A stretch of DNA of 21,709 bases from Ginkgo biloba (taxonomy: Eukaryota; Plantae; Ginkgophyta). The stretch is taken from positions 141,393,592 through 141,415,300 of the forward strand of contig JANKJI020000004.1 in the NCBI GenBank assembly GCA_024626585.2, read 5' to 3'. This document shows positions 10,861 to 21,709 of the stretch, one piece after another. The notes under the pieces were generated by a model, which made no database searches, was not told where the DNA came from, and was given only the letters and a program-made list of their open reading frames with translations. Within the stretch, counting starts at the first letter, position 1. Every line of letters begins with the position of its first letter. The position numbers and the translations under genes are program-made.

Positions 10861-12134
10861 TAATGTACAACATAAGAGAAGATTTTATGATAATAAATCA
10901 ATAATGAAATTATATCAAGTGAGCATGGTAAATAACATAATTTTTTAGTGCAAAGTTACACTATGCTAATAATGTATAGTGTCTCATTCCCAAATGTAGA
11001 ATTTATTTCAAACAAAAAGTATGGAACATAAAAAAACCCTTGGTTGAAGTAATGAAAATTAGTGAACCAACAAATGGATAACCGGATTCAAAGAAGTGAA
11101 TTTTAGTTTTTGTTTGGTAAAGCATTCATTAGAGTGTATACTTTAATTTTTCAAGTTTGCTATGTCCCACATGAGTTGCCATGCTGAAATTTGGTGGTTA
11201 ATCAAGATCAACATAGAGGTTCAAAATGTATTTGGTAGGTTGATTGTGATTTGTGGTATCAAATTTTAATTGTATTCAGGTTGCCCTAATGCATAATTCT
11301 TCAATACTATTTTTTTAATAATATGAAAACAAAAGTGAAAATTTTAAGATCAAATTCATTTAAGATTCCCAGTCCTCTTGTATAGGTTTTCAAAGAATTT
11401 CGATTCAAGAAATAATATTTAGATAGCCAATTATCAATTAAAGATACCAACTTAGATCGATGGGGAATCGTATTTACAATCAAAACAATGAATATGAACA
11501 CTAAAATTTAATCTAGAAGAACAGTAGAATCAAAATTACATTCAAAAGAACACCAAAATGAGGAATTAACAAATTAAAAAGAAAAATTTATAAAGATAGA
11601 GAAGATGTTTAATCATTTATTGGAGCATAGTATTTTCTAGGGTGATGGGAATGACATTCAACATTCAAGAAATGAAATATTTTGGATATTAGTGGTCCTG
11701 CAAGGTGTCAGCCTGCATGATACGAGNNNNNNNNNNNNNNNNNNNNNNNNNNNNNNNNNNNNNNNNNNNNNNNNNNNNNNNNNNNNNNNNNNNNNNNNNN
11801 NNNNNNNNNNNNNNNNNNNNNNNNNNACATTTGTAAATAATTGAGGGAACTAACCCTAATAATAACAGAGGGATTTTGACTCCTATATCTATCCCAATTT
11901 TTTGTCCTCCTCACCTTGGGAATTTTAGTCAAATCCTCATTTTTCTTGGGATACACAAAATATGGTCAATAGAATTAGTGACCATACTGGGAAAAACTTG
12001 ATCAATAATGTGCAAGTTAATTAATTAAACCTAGCTAGGAGTAAAAAACCTATTACTTGTTCTGGTAAGGCTAAAGAGGTATTAGAACCATTATATTCAC
12101 CNNNNNNNNNNNNNNNNNNNNNNNNNNNNNNNNN

Positions 12135-13106
12135 GACATCAAAGTTTTCTTTCCTATTATTCCTTAACCTTTAACTTCCTCTCCTCCAACTATTTATACC
12201 CCTCCTCAAGTTCTAGTCCATCCTACAAGTCCACCCAAGATAGTAGCTACTCCTTGGTTGACTTATTGGTCCTATAAAACTAGTAGTATCTTTAGATTCC
12301 TTACCTAATGGAGCCAAAGATTATCTACCAAAGTTCAAAAGAGATGGGTTAGTAACCCCAGAAGAACATTTGGCCTCTTTTTCAAAGGCCTATAATATAT
12401 TGGTAGTAGCTACTAAAAATATTATGGTATGACTATTTGTTGAAACTCTTGAAGATGAAGCCCTACTTTGGTTTAATGCTTTATCGATGAATTCTATTAT
12501 AGGTTGGAATCGGTTGACAACTTATTTCAATGCAATATATATAATTCTAGTAGACAACCATGATTTATTGAAAGAATTGACCACCATTTCTAAAAAGGAA
12601 GATGATTCATACAAATATTTTCATCTATGTTTTGGTTAGATCAAAACTAAATTTTTGGTTTTCTAGAGGCCTATAGAAGAGGTTTGTTTATACTTATATA
12701 TATACAATCCTTTGATCCATATATGAGGTATATCCTCAAAGATAAATAATTAACTGGCTTAGCCAATGCTATAGAGACCAATAGGAGAACTAAGAACAAC
12801 CTATTTTACTAAGAAAATAGGAAAGACCAGTTGTAGTTACTATAAAGGTGGAAAAGAAAGAGTCTCCTCCTATCTCTAAAACACTAGAGAATCTAAGGAT
12901 ATTACAAAGCCTCATTAATAAGGTTACTTCTCTAAATAGGTAGATCAATGAAACTAGAAGTCCCTTGTTCCAACCAAATCAGAATCGATTCCCAACTCAA
13001 AATCAATAATCATGAAAAAATATGAACTTACCTTCTACTAATGCAGAACATTATTATTTTTTATTCTGTCAAGACGATCATCTAAAAGATACATGCCCAA
13101 GTTACC
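12135..13106 (+). mobile_element. gag: Degenerate Ty3/gypsy gag region, copy 2 (paralogue of 7451-8879)
   Basis: From 12243: VATPWLT/IGPIKLVVSLDSLPNGAKDYLPKFKRDGLVTPEEHLASFSKAY..LFVETLEDEAPTWFNALSMNSIIGW..ELTTISKKEDDSYKYF. A Zn knuckle FLFCQDDHLKDTCP lies at 13058-13099. It is colinear with copy 1 at an offset of ~4630. Confidence 0.88.
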
Positions 13107-13559
13107 NNNNNNNNNNNNNNNNNNNNNNNNNNNNNNNNNNNNNNNNNNNNNNNNNNNNNNNNNNNNNNNNNNNNNNNNNNNNNNNNNNNNNNNNNNNNNN
13201 NNNNNNTGAATGAGTTGGTGAATTTTTTTAAAGATTTCTTAGTTTGCAGTTTGCAAAACTACATGCAAAGATTTATGATGAGCTTTTGATTCAAATAAGA
13301 ATTTTTCAAAAGTTGGAGTCATATTTTATTAAGCTAAATGTTTTATAAATTTATGAAGTTATGGTTTTTTTTTTTTAGCTACTAATATATATTATAGACT
13401 TATGAATTAGAGAGGCTCAGCTCTTTCATTTTTCCATTCCTATAAAAACTCTATTTAATCCTATTACCCTTATTCTTTGAATAAATCTTTGATTCAGAGG
13501 TCTAAGTATTATGAAAGAGAGGAATCTAAAAATGAGGAGGTAATATAATGGGTACAAAA

Positions 13560-14542
13560 TGTCAAGTCTCCAGATCTACAAAGGTAGAGCTTCATTTTTT
13601 TTAGTGGGAAAAATTACAAGGTTTATCAAGTGAGGAAGGTAGGCCCAATGAGTTGGTGTAGGTACTCTAGTTTATATGGATTCTGTCATGAAGTACCTTG
13701 TGACTAAAGTGTTATATCTTCCTGCAAATGTCATAGAGAATACTCAATGTAGATAAGTCAAGAGATAATGGCGCTACTAGAAAAAAAACTCATTAAAGAA
13801 GAAAATAAATCCATGGTTAGATGGATGAAAAGATGTAGCCACATTAACCCAAAGTTGGATACTGAGTTATAGGTTGAGGAGGAAGGTCATTGTAGGCTAC
13901 ACCTCAAATGAGGACACAAAGTTAATAAAGGACTAAGATATGAAAGTTATAGACATTGAGAATAATGAAATACCTTATCACTTCAAGGATGTGGAACTCC
14001 ATCCATGAATTAGATATTTAGATAGTGAAAAACACCTAAAGGAAAGATACCCATCAAAGGATGGATTAGTTTGCACAACTATTAATCCCTACATTAAGTC
14101 ATTATAATGTAAGGTCCCCTAGATATATGAAATAAATCAAATCCTATTTGTATCAATTAAGGGTTGAGCATAGATGAAGAGTTGTGTTGAGTGTTCATGT
14201 CCTTAGTTAGTGTTGCATAAAGGGTAGTTTTTTAAACTTGTAACTCCTTAAGGAAGGAGGGAATTTATTGTTAGTAATGTAGGTAGTTAGATTATATGTT
14301 GTGACCCTTTATGGGTGATTTAGAAAAATCCTAAGTTGTTACCATTGAATAAAGGTGGTGGATTTATGATTTGTCAGTGAAGGATGAGTTATAGACGATG
14401 TTTTCTAGAAGGTATTTTATTCAATTATGATGTTGTATCATGTTTGGAGTTGTGTTATATACAAAGGACAAGTTTCCTATGAAGGGTGGTATTTTACAAA
14501 ATTTGATCTACAAGATATTCTTGTCATAGAGAAGTTACCATA
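13560..14542 (+). mobile_element. Heavily decayed and deleted chromovirus-like Ty3/gypsy gag-pol remnant
   Basis: Ordered motif traces: KVELHFF/SGKN (~13580; cf. KVEFPKFxG), NPKLLPLNKG (~14327; cf. PxGLPPxRG), KDEL (~14380), TKDKFP (~14461) and GWYFTKFDL (~14484; cf. GAxYFTKLDL). Spacing is much shorter than in an intact element. Confidence 0.45.
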
Positions 14543-14622
14543 NNNNNNNNNNNNNNNNNNNNNNNNNNNNNNNNNNNNNNNNNNNNNNNNNNNNNNNNNN
14601 NNNNNNNNNNNNNNNNNNNNNN

Positions 14623-14958
14623 TAAATTAAATTTATTCTCATTATTAGGTTAATAATTTTATGATACGACATGCATCCACACTACTCTCCTATAGAACTG
14701 ATTATACACTATGGATGGTTACCTAGGTTTCTTGGTGGATGGTAGTTAGCCCATATATAATTGCAAAATTAGTTTCATGGATATAGGATATGTATCATTT
14801 ATGGTGTAATACATAGTGGTCTATAGAATTACAAGGTCATACAAACAAAATAATATTGAGGATTGAATTCAAGTAACTAACTAAGAAGTTATGATGCTTA
14901 TGGACAAATATTTATTATCTTTCAAATGGGTATCTTATTAGATATAAGACCCAAAGTG
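14623..14958 (+). mobile_element. Possible Ty3 reverse-transcriptase remnant
   Basis: MDGYLGFLVDGS*PIYNCKISF (~14711) has the spacing of LDGYSGYxQIxIxPxDxxKTxF. LMDKYLLSFKW (~14897) resembles the pre-YxDD segment. Highly degenerate. Confidence 0.3.
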
Positions 14959-15447
14959 NNNNNNNNNNNNNNNNNNNNNNNNNNNNNNNNNNNNNNNNNN
15001 NNNNNNNNNNNNNNNNNNNNNNNNNNNNNNNNNNNNNNNNNNNNNNNNNNNNNNNNNNTATTTCTTATCTTAAAAGAATTTATGATGATTAAGCTACCAA
15101 TTTAAAAGTGTAATGCAAGCTAAGTGAGTTTCATCATCTCCCTCATTTTTTAATTTATCTAGCCCTTTTTATAATTACTAGATCATTGAAAATCTACTAT
15201 ATTTTTTTTAAGAAGGATCCACCACTTTGCCTCAATGTTCCATTTTCTCTTTGACATGAATATATGAACTATGTATAATCTTCCCCCTTAATATAGTCCC
15301 CTTGTTTTTTCCAAAGTCCTATAAAATATTCACTAATACTTTTTCTAGTATCACCTTTGTCATGATCTATCTGATTTTCTTCAATAATTTCCATTATGCT
15401 AGTATTTTAATACTATTGAAATTCATCCTACTAAATAAATAAAACTT

Positions 15448-15890
15448 ATGAGAGATTCTCCTCCTTTTGAGTTAGTGTCCTATGAAATTTTTGGTCCTTT
15501 TATTTCATCACTTAATAGAAAACACTATATCATTATTCTCACTAAATATCTCACTCATTTGTTTGAGGCTATAACCATTCTTTCCTTGGATTCTCATGAA
15601 TTTATAAGATTATTAATAATAATTTCTTGTCACCACTCTTATATTTNNNNNNNNNNNNNNNNNNNNNNNNNNNNNTAATTACACTTCTTAATGTATATAA
15701 CTAGTCATCTCTACTTTAGGTACTCGTAATTCATTCACCAATCCCTTGCATCCTATTATAGATGGACTTAGTGAAAGCATCAATGCTATAATCCAATAAA
15801 ATAATAACCACATGTGTTCATTTCATCATATTATTTAGGATAGATAAAACATGATATGAGACTTTATAATCATAGAGAATCCTTTTCTAN
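15448..15890 (+). mobile_element. Degenerate Ty3/gypsy integrase catalytic core (rve)
   Basis: PPFELVSYEIFGPFISSLNRKHYIIILTKYLTHLFEAITI...IISCHH (cf. PFExxxxDxxGPFxxSxxGxxYIIVxTDYLTRWxEA...IIxRHG). Then from 15716, LGTRNSFTNPLHPIIDGLSESINAII...HHII*D (cf. TTAYHPQTDGLxERxN...WD). Confidence 0.85.
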
Positions 15891-16097
15891 NNNNNNNNNN
15901 NNNNNNNNNNNNGCTAAAAATATTATCTCCACATATGATTTGTTAAGGGATAATATTCTAATAAAAGGAAGGAAATTTTTTTAGCTTACTTTTTCTCAAT
16001 AATAGGTTAGAGAACTATACAATGTTAGTAAAATAATATACTAAGATAGAGATAGGATTTTTATATCTTATTTATATAGGTATTGCAACCTAGCTTC

Positions 16098-16125
16098 GAG
16101 GGGGAGCTAGTAGAGGGGTGTAGCC
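16098..16125 (+). promoter_or_regulatory. Possible polypurine tract and 3' LTR start
   Basis: GAGGGGGAG...AGAGGGG immediately precedes TGTAGCC. It lies downstream of, and on the same strand and scaffold as, the integrase. Confidence 0.3.
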
Positions 16126-17343
16126 ACAAGTGGGGAAGGGAGATCAATTAGGCTAGTTGTGGAGCCATACAATAGAGTTCTAACAACATTTAAAGGCATA
16201 ATAAATATAGTATTAATATATATGGATAGTTTTAGTACTTTCCATATTTCTTTTTGGTACTCTCTCCTTAAAGCATTTATTCTTTCCTTGATTATTTTAA
16301 CAATGTGGTTGTATACCTTAATTGGTCAAATAATAGAAAATGTCATAAAGTTTATATCTACCACTAAAGGTTAACACCTCTTAGTATGTTCACTTATCCA
16401 AGTTTCATAAAAATAATATGAATATTTTCCACCAAACCATTATTTAGTCATTATATAATACAAATACTGTCTAGACTCACTTCATTACACTTAATTCACT
16501 CAAATAAGGTCCCCATGAACTAGTGGCTCAAATGGCCCTCATATTATTCAAATTTTAATACACATAGATCCTTCCATGTCTANNNNNNNNNNNNNNNNNN
16601 NNNNNNNNNNNNNNNNNNNNNNNNNNNNNNNNNNNNNNNNNNNNNNNNNNNNNNNNNNNNNNNNNNNNNNNNNNNNNNNNNNAGACTCCATGACAATTAT
16701 ATTCTTAAGAGTAAGGGCAATTCTAAGGTGGTTTGGGATGCTTATAATTTTTTTTTATTATTTTGGTTATAGATAAAATAATTACACTCTTGTATTTGTA
16801 TCTCAGTCATGATAACTTCACATATATATACTTATGTTGACTCACTTTCATGATGCCCATTAATTCGTTAATACTTTTCAATATAATCTTTGGTAGTAAA
16901 TTCATTAATTAATACCATGGCCTTTGCTAATTATGATTTTATAATACTACAAACCCTACAAACCCATAACACTTTAATTTAAATTTTGTGGGATTAAATT
17001 TGAGTGTTTAGAGAATACTATCTCTACTTGATAAATTCTAGAATATTAGAATCCTTAGGTACCAACTAAAAGTATAAAAAACAAACACAAATAGGGAAAC
17101 TCATCATGGGTCATATAGTTTTAATAACATTTAATGAGTTAGAATATGAGAAAAATTATCGTCTCTATCAAACCTACCTCCAATACCCCATCCCTTGGAG
17201 GAATGCAAAGTTAATCTACTATATTTTAATCTAACAATATCTTTAATAAATAAAGTATAATTTGTAGACAAAAAGATATTTTACTAATATATTACTCTAA
17301 AGGTTAATTAAAGAGAAAGGAATAACCATTCAATAAATGATTC

Positions 17344-17387
17344 TGTGTGTGTGTGTGTGTGTTTATCTATCCATACACACACACACA
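17344..17387. repeat. (TG)9 and (AC)6 microsatellites in inverted arrangement
   Basis: (TG)9T at 17344-17362, a 12-nt spacer, then (AC)6A at 17375-17387. Confidence 0.9.
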
Positions 17388-17399
17388 TACATATTTTTA

Positions 17400-17923
17400 T
17401 GTATTTATACCATTAATATTATTACCTTTATTCATGAAATTAAGATTTTCTCAATTTTTAAGTGGGGAAATTTATGAATACAATTTATGCATTATGATTA
17501 TAGTTTATAAAAACTATTCATAAACAATGTAGATCAAGTTAATTTTTCCTCCATTATATGAAACAAAGCACAATATAAGAAAACTAGATAAGTATGTAAA
17601 AGTTGTCTTATAAATTCTATATGCATTACCATAATTTCATATAAAAAATTGCTACAGAGGATCCAAAAATAATAAGAAAGGAAATAATAATAGATTATTA
17701 AAAAGGAACTCTTATATATACAAAAGAAAATAAATATGTGAGGATTTTAATAAGAACAAGATTAGGAAGAGAGAGAAATATATCTATCTAAATCATTTTG
17801 CTATTAAAAAGGAAGAAGCCTTAACAGTTAGATTTAGGAATATTTGGAAAAGAATTAAAACTTTTATATTTCTTCACTCAAATAATGTCAAATGAAAACA
17901 ACCTTATAAAGATAAAACAATCT
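17400..17923 (+). mobile_element. Probable EN-RT linker of the plus-strand LINE
   Basis: KKEEALTVRFRNIWKRIKTFIFLH / NNLIKIK (~17806-17920) resembles EExxWxQxSRxxWxxxGDxNTxFFH...NxIxxI. It lies ~940 bp upstream of YVDD across a sized 861-N gap, roughly the expected distance. Confidence 0.5.
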
Positions 17924-18784
17924 NNNNNNNNNNNNNNNNNNNNNNNNNNNNNNNNNNNNNNNNNNNNNNNNNNNNNNNNNNNNNNNNNNNNNNNNNNNNN
18001 NNNNNNNNNNNNNNNNNNNNNNNNNNNNNNNNNNNNNNNNNNNNNNNNNNNNNNNNNNNNNNNNNNNNNNNNNNNNNNNNNNNNNNNNNNNNNNNNNNNN
18101 NNNNNNNNNNNNNNNNNNNNNNNNNNNNNNNNNNNNNNNNNNNNNNNNNNNNNNNNNNNNNNNNNNNNNNNNNNNNNNNNNNNNNNNNNNNNNNNNNNNN
18201 NNNNNNNNNNNNNNNNNNNNNNNNNNNNNNNNNNNNNNNNNNNNNNNNNNNNNNNNNNNNNNNNNNNNNNNNNNNNNNNNNNNNNNNNNNNNNNNNNNNN
18301 NNNNNNNNNNNNNNNNNNNNNNNNNNNNNNNNNNNNNNNNNNNNNNNNNNNNNNNNNNNNNNNNNNNNNNNNNNNNNNNNNNNNNNNNNNNNNNNNNNNN
18401 NNNNNNNNNNNNNNNNNNNNNNNNNNNNNNNNNNNNNNNNNNNNNNNNNNNNNNNNNNNNNNNNNNNNNNNNNNNNNNNNNNNNNNNNNNNNNNNNNNNN
18501 NNNNNNNNNNNNNNNNNNNNNNNNNNNNNNNNNNNNNNNNNNNNNNNNNNNNNNNNNNNNNNNNNNNNNNNNNNNNNNNNNNNNNNNNNNNNNNNNNNNN
18601 NNNNNNNNNNNNNNNNNNNNNNNNNNNNNNNNNNNNNNNNNNNNNNNNNNNNNNNNNNNNNNNNNNNNNNNNNNNNNNNNNNNNNNNNNNNNNNNNNNNN
18701 NNNNNNNNNNNNNNNNNNNNNNNNNNNNNNNNNNNNNNNNNNNNNNNNNNNNNNNNNNNNNNNNNNNNNNNNNNNNNNNNNNNN

Positions 18785-20519
18785 TCATTAAATTTATTAA
18801 TTAATTCACTTATCAACAATATGTTGATGATATTATTTTGTTTTGTATCACTACCAAAGAAAATTCCTTAAAATCCATTATAGATTTGTATTTAGAAGCG
18901 TCCAATGAAATACTAAACTTAGAGAAAATAATTTTACAATATAATAACATTTTAGAATATCTAGAAAAATAAATTAATAAAATTTGGGTAATAATACTTA
19001 ATGATAACAATAAATATTTAAGATAATTTGGGGTCTCTTTTAGAGTAAAAAAATTAGAAAAAATCATATTAGCAACCTGTCTTAAAGAAAATTATAAACA
19101 AGAATAATTCAATGGTTAATAAGAGTATTTATTTTGTAGGAAGGGTTGTTCTTATCAAAACCATCCATAGCTCACTTCTAACTTATCTTTGCATCTATCT
19201 AGTAGCCCCAAAAGAGGTTCTAAAATCTATTAGATAATTGGATGATAATTTTATATGGTAAGGATCTAAGAATGGAAGGTATAATAGGTTAGAAAGGTGG
19301 CTTATATAATTAAAGATAAATAGAAAGGGGTATTATGCATTTAGGACTCCATCATAACTAGTATTTATTTTTAGAATAAAAAGTGGATAACTTCTTTTAA
19401 AATAAAAATAAAGACCTTAGAGAAAAAATTTAATGAAAAAATTATATAAAATGTACAAGAACAAGGGACATTATCAGAGGATTCATAGAGGGGTAAAACA
19501 CATGATTTATCTTATGGATACACATTAAAAGAGGATTATATTACTAAAATAATATGGTATTTATACCCCAAATAAATAAGGATAGAATATAAATCTATAT
19601 CATGATAAATGGTTTGGTAGATGGGATCTTCATTTGGGGAGTATTAAATGTTATAATGAGCTCTAATAGTGTGNNNNNNNNNNNNNNNNNNNNNNNNTAG
19701 TAAAATATAAATATTTCATTCAAAATTTTAAATTAAAAGCTCCTTAGTCTTGGAAAAATCTACCCCCTCTTATCTAAAACCAATATAACCATATTAAATT
19801 ATAAATTCCCTCCTCTATCAAGCATCAAATACAACTTCAAGAACTCAATAATATATTATTTCAATGAAAGTGAGTATCAAAATTCCAAGATAAATTCATA
19901 GAACAAAAGCCATTCCAAAATCCTTTCTCTATTTGATAAGAAGATATAGTGGAATAATATCTAGAAGAAAGGACATATAACTAGAATAAAGTACTTCCTT
20001 TATCTTTCTTCCTATGGTAAAATTCTAATAAATAATTGAAGGATAATATTAGGATAGAATTACCATAGTATATGACAATTGTGTAATCAAAACAAAGAGA
20101 CTATTCAACACTTGTGTTGGGAATGAGTGGTTTCTAGGGTGTGTTAGGAAAATATAAAATATCTTATTATGATTAATCTCTCCCTTCCTAAGAATTCAAA
20201 TTGAGTTGAATGGTTCATGAATTAAAGGAGTAAATGAGAAAATTGTGCCAAATCAAAGCCTCTATTTAGATGAATTTGTTGCATTGGTTCTAGAATTATA
20301 ATATGGAAGAGTTAGATTATGAGAAACAAAATTATATTCAATAATGTATTAAGCTATTCCACTACTTGGAGGAAAGCTAATTTAATAATTGATGAAGGAA
20401 TATTACTTTGGTTAGAGAAATTAAAAGGAAAGTTAAACAACTATAGAAAAAGATAAGAGAAATGTTAAATATATTAGATATGATAGATATTAGGAATAAT
20501 AAAGTGAATAATGTAATAA
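18785..20519 (+). mobile_element. Degenerate L1-type LINE ORF2: RT C-terminal half and zf-RVT
   Basis: QQYVDDIILF (YVDD 18820-18831); LYLEASNEILNLEK; GRVVLIKTIHSSLLTY..APKEVLKSI..NFIW*G (19139-19264); zf-RVT *QLCNQNKETIQHLCWE* (20073-20126); WKS*IMRNKIIF (20304-20339). All are in canonical plant L1 order. Confidence 0.92.
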
Positions 20520-20765
20520 NNNNNNNNNNNNNNNNNNNNNNNNNNNNNNNNNNNNNNNNNNNNNNNNNNNNNNNNNNNNNNNNNNNNNNNNNNNNNNNNN
20601 NNNNNNNNNNNNNNNNNNNTTTGGCTATTGATCTATATGTTGTGCATGTCATTTCTAGTCTAAGTGCTCTCTAGTACATATTCCTAAATAATTTCAATCC
20701 TTAATAAAAAATTTAAAATATTAGGTTTAATTCTTATTATTTCTCCCCTTTCTTAATCACATTAT

Positions 20766-20819
20766 TTATGAGAAATAGGCCACATTGATAGTTATGAGAA
20801 ATAGGCCACATTGATAGTT
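20766..20819. repeat. Perfect 26-bp tandem duplication
   Basis: TTATGAGAAATAGGCCACATTGATAG at 20766-20791 and 20792-20817. Confidence 0.95.
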
Positions 20820-21049
20820 TATGTACTATTAACTAATAGAATCACATATCTCTACATGATTAATTAATNNNNNNNNNNNNNNNNNNNNNGTGTAAATGAG
20901 AAATGGACTTTATTATTAAAGAAAAAAAAATCAAATGAAATCAAATAACAATAAAATAAAATCATATTCGAGTAAATTAGGGTCATTTTAAACTATTAAA
21001 CCAACTTCATCCCAATTAGATGCATACTACAAGGTTTGAAGCCTCTTAT

Positions 21050-21431
21050 TGGTCATCCTATAACTATAAACTACCTCCTAATTATATACATTTGATAGAA
21101 TTGGAATGGGATGGGGAGATCAAAGAGAGTACCATTAGGCTTCCTAATTTTTCATCCATAATTTATTAGTCCTTATTAAATTCTCATTCCTCAATACTTA
21201 TCCTTTTCTTCCATGACGTATATAATTCCATGTATACATGCCAACATCTTAATGTAAGTTCCTTTTAGTGGAATTTACATCATATCTTTATACTTCCCTT
21301 TATTAAATATAATATATATTTTGTTATTTGATTTAACCCTATTTAATCTCATGGACACTCCATGACATATTTCATTCACCTTATAAAATTTTGATATCAA
21401 TTGATAAATGCATTCTTGGATAAAATCTTTG
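21050..21431 (-). mobile_element. Possible very degenerate LINE RT fragment
   Basis: Minus strand DFIQEC..VNEICHGV..IIFNKGKYKDMM*..GLINYG..ISP loosely follows GFxxGR..ExxH..KLDxxKAYDxVxW..VLING..LSP in order and spacing. Identity is low. Confidence 0.3.
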
Positions 21432-21709
21432 NNNNNNNNNNNNNNNNNNNNNNNNNNNNNNNNNNNNNNNNNNNNNNNNNNNNNNNNNNNNNNNNNNNNN
21501 TCCTCCATTCCATGCATCAATTATGTTGTTTCTAGAAATATGTCATGAGAGTTCTATGATTATTTTCTCATCACACTAAGGAAAGAAAATAATGTTTCAC
21601 TACTCTTTATCTTTGCCTTTATATGGTAAGGAAAGGTTAGTAGGAATTTAAACAAATAATTTCTTCTTTTCCTCATGTAGTAGGTCCCTTTAGTTACTTC
21701 ATTATTGTT

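Larger units (their letters stand above)
2326..20619. other. Eleven assembly gaps of exactly 100 N (unknown-size joins) plus several variable-length gaps
   Basis: 100-N runs start at 2326, 3784, 5310, 7351, 8880, 9997, 11727, 13107, 14959, 16583 and 20520. Confidence 0.97.

Noticed and set aside
11034-11860. Telomere-like AAACCCT / AACCCTAA words
   Set aside because: Isolated single copies, with no array.
14250-14275. PPT plus LTR start (AAGGAAGGAGGGAA...TGTTAG)
   Set aside because: The 5-nt spacer is atypical and pol-like motifs continue downstream.
12135-16125. One complete gag-RT-integrase-PPT retrotransposon
   Set aside because: The pieces are separated by 100-N joins and their motifs point to different Ty3 lineages.
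16380-16545. Copia integrase-like PFEPLVHGDL / GGKY on the minus strand
   Set aside because: Two short matches only, with wrong spacing and no supporting motifs.
17761-17923. Resemblance to a caulimovirid movement protein N-terminus (KEEALTV/DLGIFGKELKLL)
   Set aside because: It needs a frameshift, no viral RT or coat motifs are nearby, and the LINE linker reading fits better with the downstream YVDD position.
17878-18871. Three long ORFs (294-328 aa) in the ORF track
   Set aside because: Almost entirely N (861-base gap). The same applies to all X-containing ORFs that span gaps.

Overview
This is AT-rich, CpG-poor eukaryotic DNA, almost certainly from a land plant. The retroelement motifs look gymnosperm-like, which is an inference. 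The window is not contiguous: 11 gaps of exactly 100 N split it into about 12 mini-scaffolds of roughly 1-4 kb, so adjacency across those gaps cannot be trusted. I found no intact host gene, RNA gene or CRISPR array. The content is a graveyard of decayed transposable elements: a minus-strand L1-type LINE (ORF1 3' part plus ORF2 endonuclease, 1-~2100); a plus-strand L1-type LINE (linker, YVDD RT, zf-RVT, ~17400-20519); two paralogous Ty3/gypsy gag fragments (7451-8879 and 12135-13106); a Ty3 integrase core (15448-15890); a heavily deleted chromovirus-like gag-pol (13560-14542); a tRNA-iMet PBS with an LTR end (9692-9996); a candidate LTR (3295-3782); and a probable CACTA terminus (10492-10860). 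Two decayed, domain-less coiled-coil ORFs (3884-5150 and 6285-6813) are the least explained features. The second carries a 21-bp/7-aa repeat resembling an 'ERDAAIA' alanine zipper. I do not see convincing evidence of a new functional system. All calls come from manual translation and motif recognition.
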